Source: Azolla caroliniana
Lineage: Eukaryota > Plantae > Polypodiophyta
DNA length: 64,000 nucleotides
Direction of reading: 5' to 3'
NCBI GenBank assembly: GCA_043228905.1
Contig: JBHGNT010000015.1
Coordinates: 10,602,001 to 10,666,000, forward strand
Position 1 is the first letter of the stretch. Every line of letters begins with the position of its first letter. The notes beneath the pieces are model-generated. The model worked only from the letters and a program-made list of their open reading frames with translations. It did no database searches and had not been told where the DNA came from. Position numbers and translations under genes: made by a program. Shown here piece by piece: positions 26,001 to 37,600 of the stretch.

Positions 26001-27030
26001 AGGCGACGGTTCACGCGCAAAGAGAAGGGGAAGAAGATGCCAGAATTCGAAACCGGCAATGATGAGTCGGATAAGTGTGCATCCGACTCCGGGAAGGAGA
26101 AAGGCAGATCTTCGGCAACGAAGACCGAGCCGGCCAAGAAGGGCCTCAAACCGGGTAACAGTGAGTTATGTCGGACCACCCGCCAGAAGGATCCCGTCAA
26201 GCGGTACGGGTACAATGATTACATGGTGCATCACTATGCGTACATGACTAAGGTGGCGGAAGTGCGTGAGCCGGAGAGCTACGCAGAAGCGGCCAAGGAC
26301 ACCAATTGGCATGCCACTATGGAGGAAGAAATGCGGGCACTTGATGTCAACAAGACATGGGACCTGCTTGACCCTCCTCGTCACTGTAAACCGATCGGAT
26401 GCAAGTGGATATACAAGGTAAAGCACAACGCCGACAGTTCCGTTAACCAGTATAAAGCCCGGTTAGTGGCGAAGGGATACGCACAGACCCACGGAATCGA
26501 CTACGACGAGACCTTCGCTCCGGTAGCGAAGATGACGACGGTTCATGTGGTGCTGGCGGTTGCTGCAGCAAGGGGGTGGCATCTTCACTAGATGGATGTG
26601 AAGAATGTGTTTCTTCAAGGTGATCTTGAAGAAGAAGTCTTTATGACTCAGCTCCCCGGCTTTCAATCGAAGATGAACAAGTCGGCGGTATGCCAGCTGA
26701 AGAAGTCGTTGTACAGCCTGAAGCAAGCCCCTCGAGCTTGGAATGCGAAGATCACGCACCGGTTGTGTAAGATGGGGTTTGTGGCCAACAAATCGGACTC
26801 TTCGTTATTCATCTGGCAAGGCTCAGTCGGCCCAGTATGTATACTGTTGTATGTTGATGATCTAGTCATCACCGGACCGGGTGTTCCAGAAATCAACCGC
26901 GTCAAGTTCCTATTGTCAGACACATTTGAGATGAAGGACCTGGGGGACCTTCATTATTTTCTTGGGATCGAGGTGATCCGAACCCCCGACAGCATATTAC
27001 TCTCACAACGACATTACGTCTTGAATATGA

Positions 27031-27781
27031 TGTTAGGAAACAGGTCCCTCCGGATGGGAAGTGAGAAGAACAGTGTTGATGAGCAAACTCGGCCGAGGCC
27101 GAGGCCGAAACCGGATGTGGAGTACCCAGCAACGGAAGACCCGGTGAGAACCGGATGTGGAGTACCCGACAACGGAAGACCCGGTGAGAACCGGATGTGG
27201 AGTACCCCGGCAACAGAAGACCTGGTGAGAACCGGATGTGGAGGACCCGGCAACGGAAAGCCCGATGAGAACCGGATGACGAGTACTCGGCAAGAGCCGG
27301 ATGGTGAAGGCCCGGTGAGAAGTGCTCACCGGATGAAGGGACATATTCGTAAATATGTTTTCTGAGAGTCCATCGGGGCTATATTTGTAAATAGCCGAAA
27401 AGTCATATTAGTATAAATATGACTTAGGGCAAACTCAGTATAGTGTTGTTGTTGTCAATCTTGTTGGCGCAAGATTAGAGCGCGTAACTGTGTACAGGAT
27501 GAGAGAGAGAGAGAGAGAGAGGAAGAGATCATTGCCTTTATTGTAACCGCTGCCTGTGGCAAAGATAGCAAGCTCGAGGTCATTGCCTCGGTGCTTTACT
27601 ATTGTACATTGTGATATAGGGATAGTTTGCAGTCTGTGGGATGTCGTGTTTGGGTTTTCCACGTTAACATCCTTTGTTCTCTTCTCTTCACTGTGTCGTG
27701 CGTGCATTACCCGTTTTCTATGTTTGATCCTAGACTCGGGTGTGGCCAAGTGTTGTGCTTAGGGAGCGTGTATTCCTGTCA
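27031..27781 (+). mobile_element. solo LTR (copia-type) with ~39-bp tandem U3 repeats
   Basis: TGTTAGG...CCTGTCA, TSD TATGA; homologous to 51460-52071; R/U5 motifs shared with the 7305 LTR. Confidence 0.92.
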
Positions 27782-28229
27782 TATGATGTACAAGTTCGGC
27801 ATGACAGAATGCCGACCTGTCTCCACACCCTTGGACCGGAACCAGAAGCTCCATCCCAACTCTGGACTGGCCTTCAACGAGAAACGGTTCTGACAAATTG
27901 TCGGAAGCCTTATTTACTTGACATCAGCTATTCGGTCGGGATGATAAGTCAGTTCATGCAAAAGCCGACCGTGGAGCACCTTCAGTGCGCGCAGCGGATA
28001 CTGCGATATGTAAGCGGCACGAAGGACCGGGGACTGTTATACCGGCGAGGTATAACCAAAGAGCTTGTCGGTTACATGGATTCCGACTGGGCCAGCAATG
28101 CATCAGATTGCCGATCAACCTCTAGATACATGTTTTCCCTAGGTAGTGCGGCTGTTGCGTGGAGCAGCAAAAAGCAGCCAACAGTTGCTCTGTTGAGCAC
28201 TAAGACTGAGTATCGGGGCATTACCATTG

Positions 28230-29530
28230 TGTGAAACTGTTTTTAGAATTCAAGCCATTGGACACTAAAAGAATATAAGGTATGGAGGATTCACATTTGG
28301 AGGACAAGGACATGAACTAACATCTCGTGGATAAGTCCAAATAAAAGCAATAAAGATGGAGAAAAGTTAAAAAGAGAAAAAGCAGACCACCAAACCGCAG
28401 TCAGAAACAAATGCTCATAACTCTCTCGTTTGACACCCAAATATCACGTGTAAATATGGGTTAGAAAGCTTATGACGAGAGCTATCCGTAGCTTTTTAAA
28501 ACTCTAAATTTGGAGCATGGATGAGCGAGATATGATTATTAGAAGATCGTTGTATCATAGCTAAGAATAGGAGATGGAAAAGCTGTAAAAAAAGCGTGGA
28601 AAAGAAAGCAAGCGAAACTTATCTACTAAAGGAGAACTTCATATAAAGCAAGAAGAGTGAGGTGGTGAGGGGAGCTTTTTTCTTGTGGGGTTTTTCTTGC
28701 CTATTCATGTAGTGCGTTTTTGCTAGTGATCAATTCATCCTTGTAGGCTTGAGTTTATGTATCTTCTTTCTCTTGTTTCTATGATCATCACTCCTTATTA
28801 ATATATCTTTGTAGATTTGGGTTTCTATATCTTCCTTCTCTCTCTTTTCTATCATCATCTCTCTTTTCATTTTTGGCGCTCCAGGAAAATGAAAAGAGAG
28901 ATGATTGATAGAAAAGAGAGAGAAGGAAGATATAGAAACCCAAATCTACAAAGATATATTAATAAGGAGTGATGATCATAGAAACAAGAGAAAGAAGATA
29001 CATAAACTCAAGCCTACAAGGATGAATTGATCACTAGCAAAAACGCACTACATGAATAGGCAAGAAAAACCCCACAAGAAAAAAGCTCCCCTCACCACCT
29101 CACTCTTCTTGCTTTATATGAAGTTCTCCTTTAGTAGATAAGTTTCGCTTGCTTTCTTTTCCACGCTTTTTTTACAGCTTTTCCATCTCCTATTCTTAGC
29201 TATGATACAACGATCTTCTAATCATCATATCTCGCTCATCCATGCTCCAAATTTAGAGTTTTAAAAAGCTACGGATAGCTCTCGTCATAAGCTTTCTAAC
29301 CCATATTTACACGTGATATTTGGGTGTCAAACGAGAGAGTTATGAGCATTTGTTTCTAACTGCGTTTTGGTGGTCTGCTTTTTCTCTTTTTAACTTTTCT
29401 CCATCTTTATTGCTTTTATTTGAACTTATCCACGAGATGTTAGTTCATGTCCTTGTCCTCCAAATGTGAATCCTCCATACCTTATATTCTTTTAGTGTCT
29501 AATGGCTTGAATTCTAAAAACAGTTTCACA
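28230..29530. repeat. ~640-bp-arm inverted repeat (LTR palindrome) with 20-bp spacer
   Basis: 28890-29530 is the near-perfect reverse complement of 28230-28869. Confidence 0.95.
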
Positions 29531-29791
29531 TTTAGCCCTCCCCCTTGCTTCTTGGTGAACCATTTATGGTGAACCCTAAGCTACTAATAAAACTAAAGGT
29601 TCTCCTTCGCCTTATTCATGGCTATAGACAAAGAAGGAGATAATAAATAAATAAATAAAAACAAATGATGTGAGTAAAACCCCCGCTAGTCGGTAGGAAA
29701 AACCTCACACTTCTAAACACACACACATACACATTGACAATTGCCATCACCATCTTTCTCCTTGTCAACACAAAGAAAGAGGTTACAACAA

Positions 29792-31561
29792 TTAGTATAT
29801 CTTCATCAACTTTCCAAACAGAAGTAGGTCTATGTGATACATAACTCTTGATAGAAGTAAGCATGTTAACATATGAATAAATCTTTCGAGCGAGCGAACC
29901 TTTTGTACAAATACCTTCAAAGCTTCGAGACTTGTCAGAATTGTCATATTTTGAATTATGTCAATCTTTGCTTCATCAACATGACTTTCTTCTTGGCACA
30001 CCACATTCTCCACATTACCTTGTTTTTTATGTATGACCATTTCATCTAGAATCTCATCTCGAAAAGGAAGCAAAAATAAATCTCGTTTGGTTGAATCATT
30101 CAAGGATTGGAAGTTGACGTCTTTCTCCTTTGGAACAACCACAATAAGTGAGACAAACTTCAAATTCTCCATATGATAAATGAAACTCTCTTGTAACAAT
30201 GCTTTATGATCTTTCTTTTGCACAACCTTAGATTCTTGAAGAGTTTGGGCAATTGGTACCTTCAATTTGATAAGGTCTTTGAAGCAACCTTCTCCTTTTA
30301 TATGTGAATAGACATTTATGAGTAATTTTGGAAACTCAAAAAGAAAAGAACTAAACCTTAGATGCTCTTCTCCTTGGACATCGTTTGAAATCATCTTCTT
30401 TTTCCCCTTTAGGGTGATAATACTTTTCTCTTCAATGACTTCTTCCTCCTCCTTAGACACCATGTGGAATGATTTGTTTTCCCTATCCCACGAATATTCA
30501 TCAATTGTTATGCTTTCCTCTTCTTGCTTGCCAATGTCGATAGATGATTCCTTCTCCTTTATACATTTGATTAGTTGTGGTGGATCCTTTGGTGGTGATA
30601 AGTTAATGATACTCCAATCATGCATTACAAGTAAATCTCTTGGCTCTTGGTCAAATTGTTGTTGAAGAGTTGATGCCCACATAACTTTGTTGCTACTCAA
30701 TGCAAATCCAAAACATAAATCATGCACGAACACCTTCATACACTGCAACTTGGCACTTACCAATGCTTCCTTACACGCATTGATCTCCAAAAGCCAATCT
30801 CCAACTATCACTTCTAGGTTACCTTCTTCATCTTGCAACTTCGTTGTGGGTACTTCACCATCAACAACTTCTTTTGTCATATCTTCCATTTCTTCTTGCA
30901 CATATTCATCATCAACCACCATATCACTTGTTGTATCAATAATGTCCTCAACATGATGTGCATTGGCATCACCATCCATAACATCGCTTCTCATAACTAT
31001 CTCCTTAGATTCGTCTTTCACATCATCATTTTTTATATCATGGTTGTCCTCATGAACTAGATGGGGGGACTCCACATTCATCACCTCTTCTTCATTGTCT
31101 CTGGAATCACCTTCATAGACATCATTATAACTCCAAAAATTAGAATAATGATATGAGGGAACCTGTTGAATCGGACATTGCAAGTAGGCTGGTTGTTGGC
31201 TCATGACCGATCCACAATTATTATAGCTTGGATTTATGGTATATGACGCCGATACTCCATATGCTTCACCGAATAACAACTTCTTCAATTGTTGATCATA
31301 ACTTTGACATACTCGAAGCAAATCATGGAAAGACCTTGGGTACTTCATATGCACTTCATATTGAAAATATGGATCTAGCCCTGCTTTGAATCTTTCCATC
31401 TTGAAGTATACATCTTCAACGCCTCCAACAAGTCCAATCCAAGTGGACCATATATCCAAAAACGTCTTCTCATACTCGAGGTAGCACATTGGTGAAACCA
31501 TACGCAATTGGAAAAGTTCTCTTCGTAGATCTATCGCATCGCGAACTCCATATCGTGCCAT
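29792..31561 (-). CDS. 589-aa gag-like protein fused to an internally deleted RT remnant
   Basis: Open ORF: 'ERFKAGLDPYFQYEVHMKYPRSFHDL' (gag-like), acidic linker, 'VSLIVVVPKEK..LNDSTKRDLFLLPFRDEILD' and 'VDEAKIDII' (RT pieces); no YxDD. Confidence 0.7.
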   Translation of the reverse strand: MARYGVRDAIDLRRELFQLRMVSPMCYLEYEKTFLDIWSTWIGLVGGVEDVYFKMERFKAGLDPYFQYEVHMKYPRSFHDLLRVCQSYDQQLKKLLFGEAYGVSASYTINPSYNNCGSVMSQQPAYLQCPIQQVPSYHYSNFWSYNDVYEGDSRDNEEEVMNVESPHLVHEDNHDIKNDDVKDESKEIVMRSDVMDGDANAHHVEDIIDTTSDMVVDDEYVQEEMEDMTKEVVDGEVPTTKLQDEEGNLEVIVGDWLLEINACKEALVSAKLQCMKVFVHDLCFGFALSSNKVMWASTLQQQFDQEPRDLLVMHDWSIINLSPPKDPPQLIKCIKEKESSIDIGKQEEESITIDEYSWDRENKSFHMVSKEEEEVIEEKSIITLKGKKKMISNDVQGEEHLRFSSFLFEFPKLLINVYSHIKGEGCFKDLIKLKVPIAQTLQESKVVQKKDHKALLQESFIYHMENLKFVSLIVVVPKEKDVNFQSLNDSTKRDLFLLPFRDEILDEMVIHKKQGNVENVVCQEESHVDEAKIDIIQNMTILTSLEALKVFVQKVRSLERFIHMLTCLLLSRVMYHIDLLLFGKLMKIY

Positions 31562-33640
31562 TAGTTTGATGATGAATCGGTAGATCCAACCATCAATTAG
31601 TGGACAACCGTTCCTCCCGTTATACAGAAAGGATCGACCCTCCCTGGAGCGCCAAAATGAAAAGAGAGATGATGATAGAAAAGAGAGAGAAGGAAGATAT
31701 AGAAACCCAAATCTACAAAGATATATTAATAAGGAGTGATGATCATAGAAACAAGAGAAAGAAGATACATAAACTCAAGCCTACAAGGATGAATTGATCA
31801 CTAGAAAAACACACTACATGAATAGGCAAGAAAAACACCACAAGAAAAAAACTCCTCTTCACCACCTCACTCTTCTTGCTTTATATGAAGTTCTCCTCTA
31901 GTAGATAAGTTTCGCTTGCTTTCTTTTCCACGCTTTTTTTAGAGCTTTTCCATCTCCTATTCTTAGCTATGACACAACGATCTTCTAATCGTCATATCTC
32001 CCTCATCCATGCTCCAAATTTAGAGTTTTAAAAAGCTACGGATAGCTCTCGTCATAAGCTTTCTAACCCATATTTACAAATTATATTTGGCTTCCAAACG
32101 AATGAGTTATGAGCGTTCGTTGTAGACTGTATTTTGGTGCCCGCTTTTTTCTTCTTTTACTTTTCTCCACGTGACTTGCTTTTTGTTTGACTTATCCTCA
32201 AGACCTTAGCTCGTGATCTTGCCCTCCGGATGTGAACGCACCATACCTTATATTCTTGTAGACTTCAATACCTTGAATTCTAAAAACACTTTCACACATT
32301 GCCACCTGTTAAGCCATTTGGCTTCGGCGACTACTACAAGACTTACGGATCGAGGTACCGACCCCGATTCTAGTCTACTACGACAACATAAGTAGCATAC
32401 AACTCGCCAAGAACCCTATGTTCCATGCTCGCACAAAGCACATAGAAGTGCATTATCACTTTGTGCGTGAGCGAGTCCTGAGCGGTGAAGTTGAACTACG
32501 GTATGTTCACACGGATCGGCAAGTTGTCGACATCTTCACCAAGCCGCTTGGATCAGACAAGTTGCAGCACTTTACCGATATGTTTGGTGTTCAGCATCTC
32601 GACGTGCCACACTTGAGGGGGAGAACGGGCAGAGACACCAGAATGGGCAAAGGCAAAGAGACTGCTGATTGCGCCGGTGAGGGAAGAATAGAAGGCGGCA
32701 GAGTCAATAAGGACAGAGCCGACCGAAGGAAGAAGGCCAAGACCCGGACATGGTCCGATGTGGTGAAGGGCTTGGAACTAGAAGATGAATCGGGAGCAAC
32801 CGATTCGGACAAGAGCTGGAACGAATCAGAGACAGTCGATTCGGTTCAAAAGACAAATTCAGAAGAACCAAATCAATTCAAGGCCAAGCAGACACGGATG
32901 CAGCGGAAGTCGATGCCATCGCGGAGAAACCGACGGATCGATAAGCGTCGGAGTCATAGCAGCGAAGGAGTTGAGAGGGGCCTATTGAGCAGACATACCG
33001 ACCGAGAAGGTCGAGGCGCGCAGAACAAGAGGGGTTGCGGCAAACAAAACCAAACCGGACGAGGAGTGCGAGCAAGGCAAAGCGACGCCAGGAGAGGTTG
33101 GTTGGAAGAACCGGTTGCCACAGAGACTAACACTAAGATCCAACCTCAAGTTGAGCTTGAGGGGGAGTGTTGAGCGGCAAGCTCAACTAGAGCCGGATCG
33201 GTTGAATAAGCCTGAGCCGGCAAGCGAGACGGATCGGTAAGCTGTGAGCAACCGAGCCGGCAAGCAACAGAGCCGGTGAGCTGGGGAGCCGATTAGCCGG
33301 ATCCAATCAGTAACCGGAAGCCTAGTATTATCGTAGACTACTAGGCAATTATAGTCTCGTAGTAAGTGTCAGATGCTCGTGTGAGCATTGAAGTACGCGG
33401 TACTTCTGTCAGTCCCACAAGGACTTGTATAAATAATGCTACTAAGCATAGTTGTATGTACAGAGTGTTTTTATTGTTTTTGAATATAGCCTTGAAGTTC
33501 TGCTCTCTCTGTCTCTCCCGTGTACTCTGTGTATTCCCTACCTTCTCTGTTTTCTAACGCTTCTGCAAGAAATCGTTTACATTGGTCCTTTTCTCCCTGG
33601 GGATAAATGTGTAGGCTTCGCATCCAAATATACAGAGCCT

Positions 33641-34400
33641 ATCATAGGTCGATTATGGTGTCCGACCACCCTCAAGGACTCGGTACGGTACTATAAGGAG
33701 TGTGATTTATGCTAGCGAATGGGGCAACCCACGAAACATGCGCAAATGCCACATCAACTAGTACTTCCATTCGAACCATTCCAGAAATGGGGATTGGACT
33801 TCATTGTACTATTCAAGCGAACGACGATGTGAACCGGAAACCAATATATTATCGTAGCAATGGACTATTGCACAAATTGGGTGGAGGCAAAGGCGCTCCT
33901 AGACAACACCGTGACGTCCATGACAAAGTTTCTGTATGAGTACATATGGTGTTGGTATGGATGTCCGATTGAGCTGATACGCGACCAAGGGGGACACTTC
34001 ATAGGTCAAGTGGTTGAAAATTTGACAACATTTTACGCAGTAGTCCACAAAAAGAGCACACCGTATTACCCCAGGCGAACAAACTGGCAGAGTTGACAAA
34101 TAAGATGCTTTAGAACATATTGTGGAAAATTGTGAACAAGAACCGAACGGATTGGGGCACGAAGTTGCACAATGCTCTCTGGGCTTACCAGACAACCTAT
34201 AAGATGAACATCTTGTCAACACCGTTCGGCTGGCATTCGGCTTAGAAGCAGTCATGCCAATGGAATTCCAGATTCCTAGCTTGCGACTACAAGTACGCGA
34301 ATGGTTAAGTGAGCAGGAATTGGGACGAGTCTGGTTGGAAACCCTGTGCGAGCTAGAAGAGCATTGGATCTTAAGTTTGATGCAAGTTGGATCTTAAGCT
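33641..34400 (+). pseudogene. gypsy integrase fragment (non-chromovirus-like)
   Basis: LW.PT..KD...Y.KECD.C, PFQKWGLDF, DYCTNWVEAKAL, DQGGHF, STPYYP. Confidence 0.85.
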
Positions 34401-34619
34401 AGATTACATTGTACTTCCAACGTACAACAAAGAAAAAAAATGATAATAGTAATAACCATAACAATAATAATAGCACTATATATATACGAGATTTTGAATG
34501 GTAATAATGAAAAGGCAAGTGGAAAAGGTGTGATGTTAGCCACATTTAAGGAGCACCACACGTCATAATCATACTATAATGATACACAATGTGTAAACGC
34601 AGGAATCAAGAATAGCTGA

Positions 34620-37600
34620 GGAAGATGGGGATACAAAATTTCCGGAAGAACGAAGGGGTCTCATTTCACGATTTCAAGAGCACAAAGTGCGCAGAACTCC
34701 CGAAAAGCACAAGGAATCAGCCTCTGCACCGACCTTGACACAAAAACCAGCGAACCAATGGCGCTCTCTATAGAAGCCAAGGGTTGGCTCACAAAGCACG
34801 GGCTTGAAGGGCTTATCCGGGTAGCAATGGCACCACCACACAAGGAACCGGAGAAGGTCACCATGACCATCAACATCGAGGGAATCTTCGAAGTAATGGT
34901 GCAGGTGGCGACTGAGTTGCTGTTTGGAGGCCTGCAATCAATTGAAAACCCCTCTACCCAAATTTTGATAGATTATTTCGGGGAATTTTCTATAGCAAGG
35001 AAGGCGTACCGGACACCGGGCGGCGAGAATCCCTTATTCTGGGAAATAGCCAAGGTCCTACTGAATACAAATTCATACATCCCTGACCACTCGCCATGCC
35101 GAAGAACCACGTTGGATTCATCATTGCATCGTTTGAAGGCTTGTGGGTGGACTAGCCATTGATCATCGCCAACGCACTGCGAACGGTGATCTCAACAGTG
35201 GTCAACAGCAAAAAAGGTATGGACCGGAGTGGCACAATGGTTGACAGTGCTTGTGCCACCAACACACACCATCAAACCAAAGAAAAGGGCACGAGTGGAG
35301 ACAACGCCAACTCAACCACCGAAACGGTAGCAGCTACTAGCACGGCATACCCCCGGATGGGAAGGAGAAGTATCTCAACAAGTGGCACCAGTTCCGGAGC
35401 CTACCAAAGAAGAACCGGCAAAGCCCAGCAAAGCCCATTAAAATAAAGTTGCGAAGGCGAGAAAGGGAGCAGCCGGAACCAGCGACGACGGCTCACTAGC
35501 AGACCGCAGAAGACGAGGAGCTTGAAGAAGAGGAAGAGCATCTTCAAATACCTCCTAGAATATGTCACCAGGAGCAACATGGGGAAGGCTCGAGTCCGGA
35601 AAGGAACAGTTTACCGACCACCCTCTCAACGGTGGTGGAGCTAGGGCCGGAGGCGCCAACAATAGAGAGACCAGAAGTGTTGCACCAGAACGGGAGACAC
35701 AAGGAATGGAGCAGCCAAGTCTGTGAATGTTAATGTGAGGAAGCGTCAGACAGAACTGGCTCAGCCAGATAGCAACAGAAAATGAGATGAAGGTTTAATG
35801 GAAATGCTTCAAAAACAGAGGAGACAAAGAGAGCAGAATAGAAAACTATATATTCAAAAATTAACTCTAAAACTCTGTAGATACAACGTGCTAAATAACA
35901 CTATTTACACAAGTCCATAAAGGATTGATAGAAGTACTGACAAGTACTTCAATGCTCACAAGTGTGACTGGCACAAACTACGAGACAATGATTACCTAGT
36001 AGTCTAGGCTACTACTAGGCTTCCGGTTCCCGCTCAAATCTGGCTCCCCGATCCGGCCGGTTGTTTCCGGATACCATCCGTATACAGATTCGGTTCATCC
36101 TTCCGGATGTCGATCCGGCTCAAGCTTATTCAGTCGATCTAGATCCGGTTGAGCTTGCTCGCTCAACACTCCCCCTCAAGCTCAACTTGAGGTCGGATCG
36201 TGGTGTTAGTGTCTGCGGCATCTGGTTCTTCTACCCGGCTCCTTCTAGCGTTGCTCCGCCTTGCTCGCGCTCCTCGTCCGGTCCGGTCTTGTTTGCCGAC
36301 CCTTCTGGTTCTGCGCACCTCGACCTCCTCGGTCGGCTTGTCTGCTCAACAGGCCCATTTCAGCTCCCTCGTTGTTGCGACTCCAGCGCTTGTCGACCCG
36401 TCATTTCCTTCGTGTTGGCGTCGACTTCCACTATGTCTGTGTCCGCTTGGCCTTTAGTTGATCCGGCTTCTCCGAATCGGTTTCCTTTGATTCGTTCCAG
36501 CTCCTGTCCGAGTCGGTGTTCTCCAACTCATCTTCCAGTTTCAGGCCCTTCACCACACCAGACCATGTTCGGGTCTTGGTCGTTTTCTTCCGGTCGGCTC
36601 TGTCCTTCTTGACTCTGTCGCCGATGCCGCTTGTTCCGACCTTTTCGGATGTGTTGACTCCTTCGGTCGGCTCGGCTTCCTTTTTCCTCTTGTCTCCCCC
36701 TTTGTTGGTTCTTTCTTCCTCTCCGGCTCCTTGTCCGGTGCCATCCTCCCCCTCAAGTGAGGCACATCGAGATGCTGAACATCAAGCATTTCGGTGAAGT
36801 GTTGCAACTTGTTCGATCCGAGCGGTTTGGTGAAGATATCGGCAATTTGCCGATGCGTCTAAACATACCGAAGTTCTACTTCACCGCTCAAAACCCGCTC
36901 ACGCACAAAGTGATAGTGGACTTCTATGTGCTTCGTCCAAGCATGGAACACAAGATTCTTGGCGAGCTGAATGTTGCTCATGTTGTCACAATAGATCAGG
37001 ATCGAGGTCGAGGTCGGGACCTCAAACCGCAGGTCTTGCAGCAGTCGCCAAAGCTAGATGGCTTCCCAGGTGGCATTGGTAGTGCCTCGGTATTCAGCCT
37101 CAGTGCTAGATAGAGCCATTTTTGGCTGCTTTTTGCTGCTTTCTAGGGTTCATCTTTGGAAGCAAATGTCGGTTGCAGAGGTTCTCAACCCTCGCGCTCT
37201 GATACCATGTGAATGTTAATGTGCAAAAGCATCAGACAAAACCAGCTCAGCTGGATAACAACAGAAAATGAGATGAAGGTTTAATAGAAAAGCTTCAAAC
37301 ATAGAGGAGACAGAGAGAGCAGAACATAAAACTATATATTCAAAAATTAACTCTAAAACTCTGTAGATACAACGTGCTAAACAACACTATTTATACAAGT
37401 CCATAAAGGACTGACAGAAGTACTGATAGGTACTTCAATGCTCACAAGTGCGACTGACACAAACTACGAGACAATGATTACCTAGTAGTCTAGGCTACTA
37501 CTAGGCTTTTGGTTTCCGCTCGAATCCGGCTCCCCGATCCGGCCAGTTGTTTCCGGATACAGATCTGGCTCATCCTTCCGGATGTCGATCCAGCTCAGGC

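Larger units (their letters stand above)
28230..32296 (-). mobile_element. three-LTR composite non-autonomous gypsy insertion
   Basis: LTR(+) 28230-28869, LTR(-) 28890-29530, PPT AAGGGGGAGGGCTAAA ~29531-29546, internal ORF, PBS TGGCGCTCCAGGGAGGG 31654-31638, LTR(-) 31658-32296; one TSD CATTG at 28225-28229 and 32297-32301. Confidence 0.92.
23521..33173 (+). pseudogene. copia gag-pol, interrupted, with a C-terminal extension after RNase H
   Basis: CWYCGKKGHRESEC, WYVDSGASNHM, LWHKRIGH, YVDD, HARTKHIEVHYHF...DIFTKPL. Confidence 0.92.
23018..33581 (+). mobile_element. Ty1/copia element with paired LTRs and two nested insertions
   Basis: LTRs 23018-23431 and 33168-33581; PBS TGGTATCAGAGC 23432-23443; PPT 33156-33167; 5-bp TSD TTGGT. 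Confidence 0.95.

Noticed and set aside
27100-27290. CRISPR-like periodicity (also 55047-55182)
   Set aside because: Head-to-tail repeats without unique spacers, in a eukaryotic context.
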